Source: Abditibacterium sp. | GTDB taxonomy: Bacteria; Armatimonadota; Abditibacteriia; Abditibacteriales; Abditibacteriaceae | DNA: 64,000 nt | Reading direction: 5' to 3' | Assembly: GCA_965199495.1 (NCBI GenBank) | Contig: CBDASK010000003.1 | Location: 1,728,001-1,792,000 of the forward strand | Shown here: in pieces, positions 61,972-64,000 of the stretch | Numbering within the stretch: position 1 is the stretch's first letter | Layout: the number at the start of each line of letters is the position of its first letter | Notes under the pieces: model-generated | Told to the model about the DNA's origin: nothing | What the model saw: only the letters and a program-made list of their open reading frames with translations | The model's database searches: none | Made by a program: the position numbers and the translations under genes

Positions 61972-62796
61972 ATGCCTGAACCTAAACTTATTAATAAACT
62001 TATGGCCGAATTCCTCGGCACGCTCTGGCTGACCTTTGGCGGCTGCGGCAGCGCCGTTTTGGCCGCGAAATTCATCGCTCAAGAAGGCTCGACGCCGCTC
62101 AACCTCGGCATCGGCTTAGTCGGTGTTTCGCTCGCTTTTGGTCTCACCGTTTTGACGATGGCGTTCGCCGTCGGCCACATTTCGGGCGGCCATTTCAATC
62201 CGGCGGTTTCCCTCGGCCTCGTCGTCGGCAAGCGATTTCCCGCCGCGCAACTGCTGCCCTACTGGATCGCGCAGGTCGTCGGTGCCACCGTGGGCGCGCT
62301 GATTTTGTATGTCATCGCGTCGGGCGCCAAAGATTTTTCCAGCGCCGGTTTCGCCGGGGCAGGCGGTTTCGCCACCAACGGCTACGGCGATTTATCGCCC
62401 GGCGGCTTTTCAATGATTTCGTGTTTGGTCGCCGAAGTCGTGCTGACGGCGTTCTTTTTGATCATCATTTTGGGCGCGACCGACGCGCGCGCGCCGCAGG
62501 GATTCGCGCCCATCGCCATCGGTCTGGGCCTGACGCTGATTCATCTCATCGGCATTCCCGTGACCAACCTGAGCGTTAATCCGGCGCGCTCGACTGGCCC
62601 GGCGCTCTTCGCGGGCGCAAATCACATCGCGCAGTTGTGGCTGTTTTGGCTGGCGCCCTTGTTGGGCGCGGCGATTGGCGGCTTTATCTATCCGATCATG
62701 GCGGGCGACGCGGGCACGCGCGTGATTGACACGCAGACGCAACCCGGTCTGGATTCGGGCGCGCCCGTCGAACCGCTGGGCGAACGCGCGGCTTAG
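61972..62796 (+). CDS. aqpZ: Aquaporin Z
   Basis: [41 protein letters not shown]. Confidence 0.96.
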   Translation: MPEPKLINKLMAEFLGTLWLTFGGCGSAVLAAKFIAQEGSTPLNLGIGLVGVSLAFGLTVLTMAFAVGHISGGHFNPAVSLGLVVGKRFPAAQLLPYWIAQVVGATVGALILYVIASGAKDFSSAGFAGAGGFATNGYGDLSPGGFSMISCLVAEVVLTAFFLIIILGATDARAPQGFAPIAIGLGLTLIHLIGIPVTNLSVNPARSTGPALFAGANHIAQLWLFWLAPLLGAAIGGFIYPIMAGDAGTRVIDTQTQPGLDSGAPVEPLGERAA

Positions 62797-62827
62797 TTTC
62801 GATTCAACTTACAAGGAGAAAATTTGC

Positions 62828-62861
62828 CAAACGGCGCCGAGACTTACCTCGGCGCCGTTTG
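62828..62861 (+). terminator. Hairpin terminator after aqpZ
   Basis: CAAACGGCGCCGAG-N6-CTCGGCGCCGTTTG followed by CTTT. Confidence 0.65.
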
Positions 62862-62905
62862 CTTTGCGAGACTGTTGTTGCTTCGTCGTTGTCGAAAACT
62901 GGCTT

Positions 62906-63682
62906 ATGAAACAACTTTTGCTTCTCACGTTATTGCTCGCTTTGGGCGGCGCCGCCAACGCGCAAACGGCGGCGCAAAAGTCGGTGGCGCGCCAGACTTT
63001 CGCGCAATTTCGGGCGCTCAATCAAAGCCAAAAACTAAATACAAACGCCGCGCGCGCCCTCGTGACGGGCGAGGCCAAAGAATACGTTAAGTCGCCGCAA
63101 CTCGGCCCGATGTCGGCGCCCGATGCGCTGGTTTTCCCCTCGCCCACGCGCGCTGTCGCGCGCGTTCAGGCGTTGGATGACAAAGGCAAACCGATGATGG
63201 ACATTTACTTCACGCTGCAACGGGAAGGCGCCCATTGGAAAGTCGGCGCCCTACGCGCGCTGGCGTTAACCGGCATGATAGAAGGCGCGCGCGACGAACT
63301 CAAAGCCAAGAAAAACCTGACGGCGCAAGAGCGCGATGAACTGGCGAACATGAATTTGGTGTTGTCGCTCGACGCCGATTTGAAGCGCCATTTCACGACG
63401 AACCAGAGCGCGTTCGAGCAACTCGCGCGACTGGCAAACCAGCCCAAACCTTCGGCTGGGGCGCAAAAGCAGTTGAAAGATTTGCAGCGCCAATTGCATC
63501 TCAATCAAGGCGCGCCGCTCGCGGGCAAAGACGGCGCGCGCGAGTTTGTCATCGGCGGCATCAGCGATAATTTGGTCGGCTACGGATATTCAAAATCGGG
63601 CGCGTTGCCGCCGATTTCGACCGAAGATTATATCTGGGTCGAACGATTGGCGCCGCACTGGTATTTTTTCCGCACAACATAA
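62906..63682 (+). CDS. Hypothetical secreted protein
   Basis: MKQLLLLTLLLALGGAANA signal peptide; ends WYFFRTT. Confidence 0.75.
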   Translation: MKQLLLLTLLLALGGAANAQTAAQKSVARQTFAQFRALNQSQKLNTNAARALVTGEAKEYVKSPQLGPMSAPDALVFPSPTRAVARVQALDDKGKPMMDIYFTLQREGAHWKVGALRALALTGMIEGARDELKAKKNLTAQERDELANMNLVLSLDADLKRHFTTNQSAFEQLARLANQPKPSAGAQKQLKDLQRQLHLNQGAPLAGKDGAREFVIGGISDNLVGYGYSKSGALPPISTEDYIWVERLAPHWYFFRTT

Positions 63683-63732
63683 ACGTTGTTGCGGGCATCT
63701 CGCTTGCCGTATTAAGCGCGCTTTATTTTCTT

Positions 63733-64000
63733 ATGCGAACGTCGTTCTTAACTTCTATTTTCCGCCAAGCCATGATCGGTATGGTTCTTGTTGTCGTTTC
63801 GCTACCGGTATTATTTCTGGCGCATAACGCGATGGGATTGGGCAAGCCGCCCCTGCCCGGCCTGATTTTATTGAGCGCATCCGTCGTAATTTCGATGGCC
63901 ATCGCCGGCGCGATTGGCGCAACGATGGCGCGGGCCAATGGCAACATCGTCGGCGCCGGTGTTATCGGTCTCATACTGGGGTTTATCGTCTGCACCGTCG
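63733..64000 (+). CDS. Membrane protein (5' part; runs off window)
   Basis: Manual translation MRTSFLTSIFRQAMIGMVLVVVSLPVLFL..., three hydrophobic segments, open to the end of the window. Confidence 0.55.
   Translation, partial: MRTSFLTSIFRQAMIGMVLVVVSLPVLFLAHNAMGLGKPPLPGLILLSASVVISMAIAGAIGATMARANGNIVGAGVIGLILGFIVCTV

Overview
A 64 kb stretch of a moderately GC-rich bacterial chromosome. Gene style and content suggest an Abditibacteriota/Armatimonadota-like organism; this is inference only. The backbone is housekeeping: hemL, pyrG, mscL, the hit-yqeY-phoH-pgpH-ybeY-hlyC-hlyC cluster, atpDC, nth, icd, rimO, rdgB, aceE and aqpZ. Tad/Flp pilus genes lie in two places: tadE with two tadG-like paralogs, and two flp pilins next to a DUF2723 glycosyltransferase. 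Accessory content: (i) a REP-associated tyrosine transposase (RAYT) whose 14 GTAG-type REP palindromes bracket, and sit in frame inside, a two-gene restriction-modification-like cassette (PLD-SNF2 helicase plus an m6A MTase/TRD gene broken by two in-frame stops); (ii) an AT-richer Mrr-like nuclease-NACHT gene; (iii) a HEPN/MNT-like pair; (iv) a decayed DUF2281-VapC module; (v) an in-frame crtB-crtI fusion. The most unexpected signal is a non-palindromic 9-mer, GCAGCCACG (usually AGCAGCCACG). I counted it by eye 29 times, on both strands and in several reading frames, against roughly 1 expected. This pattern resembles a DNA-uptake sequence or HIP-like genomic signature. I recognised no rRNA, tRNA or CRISPR array.
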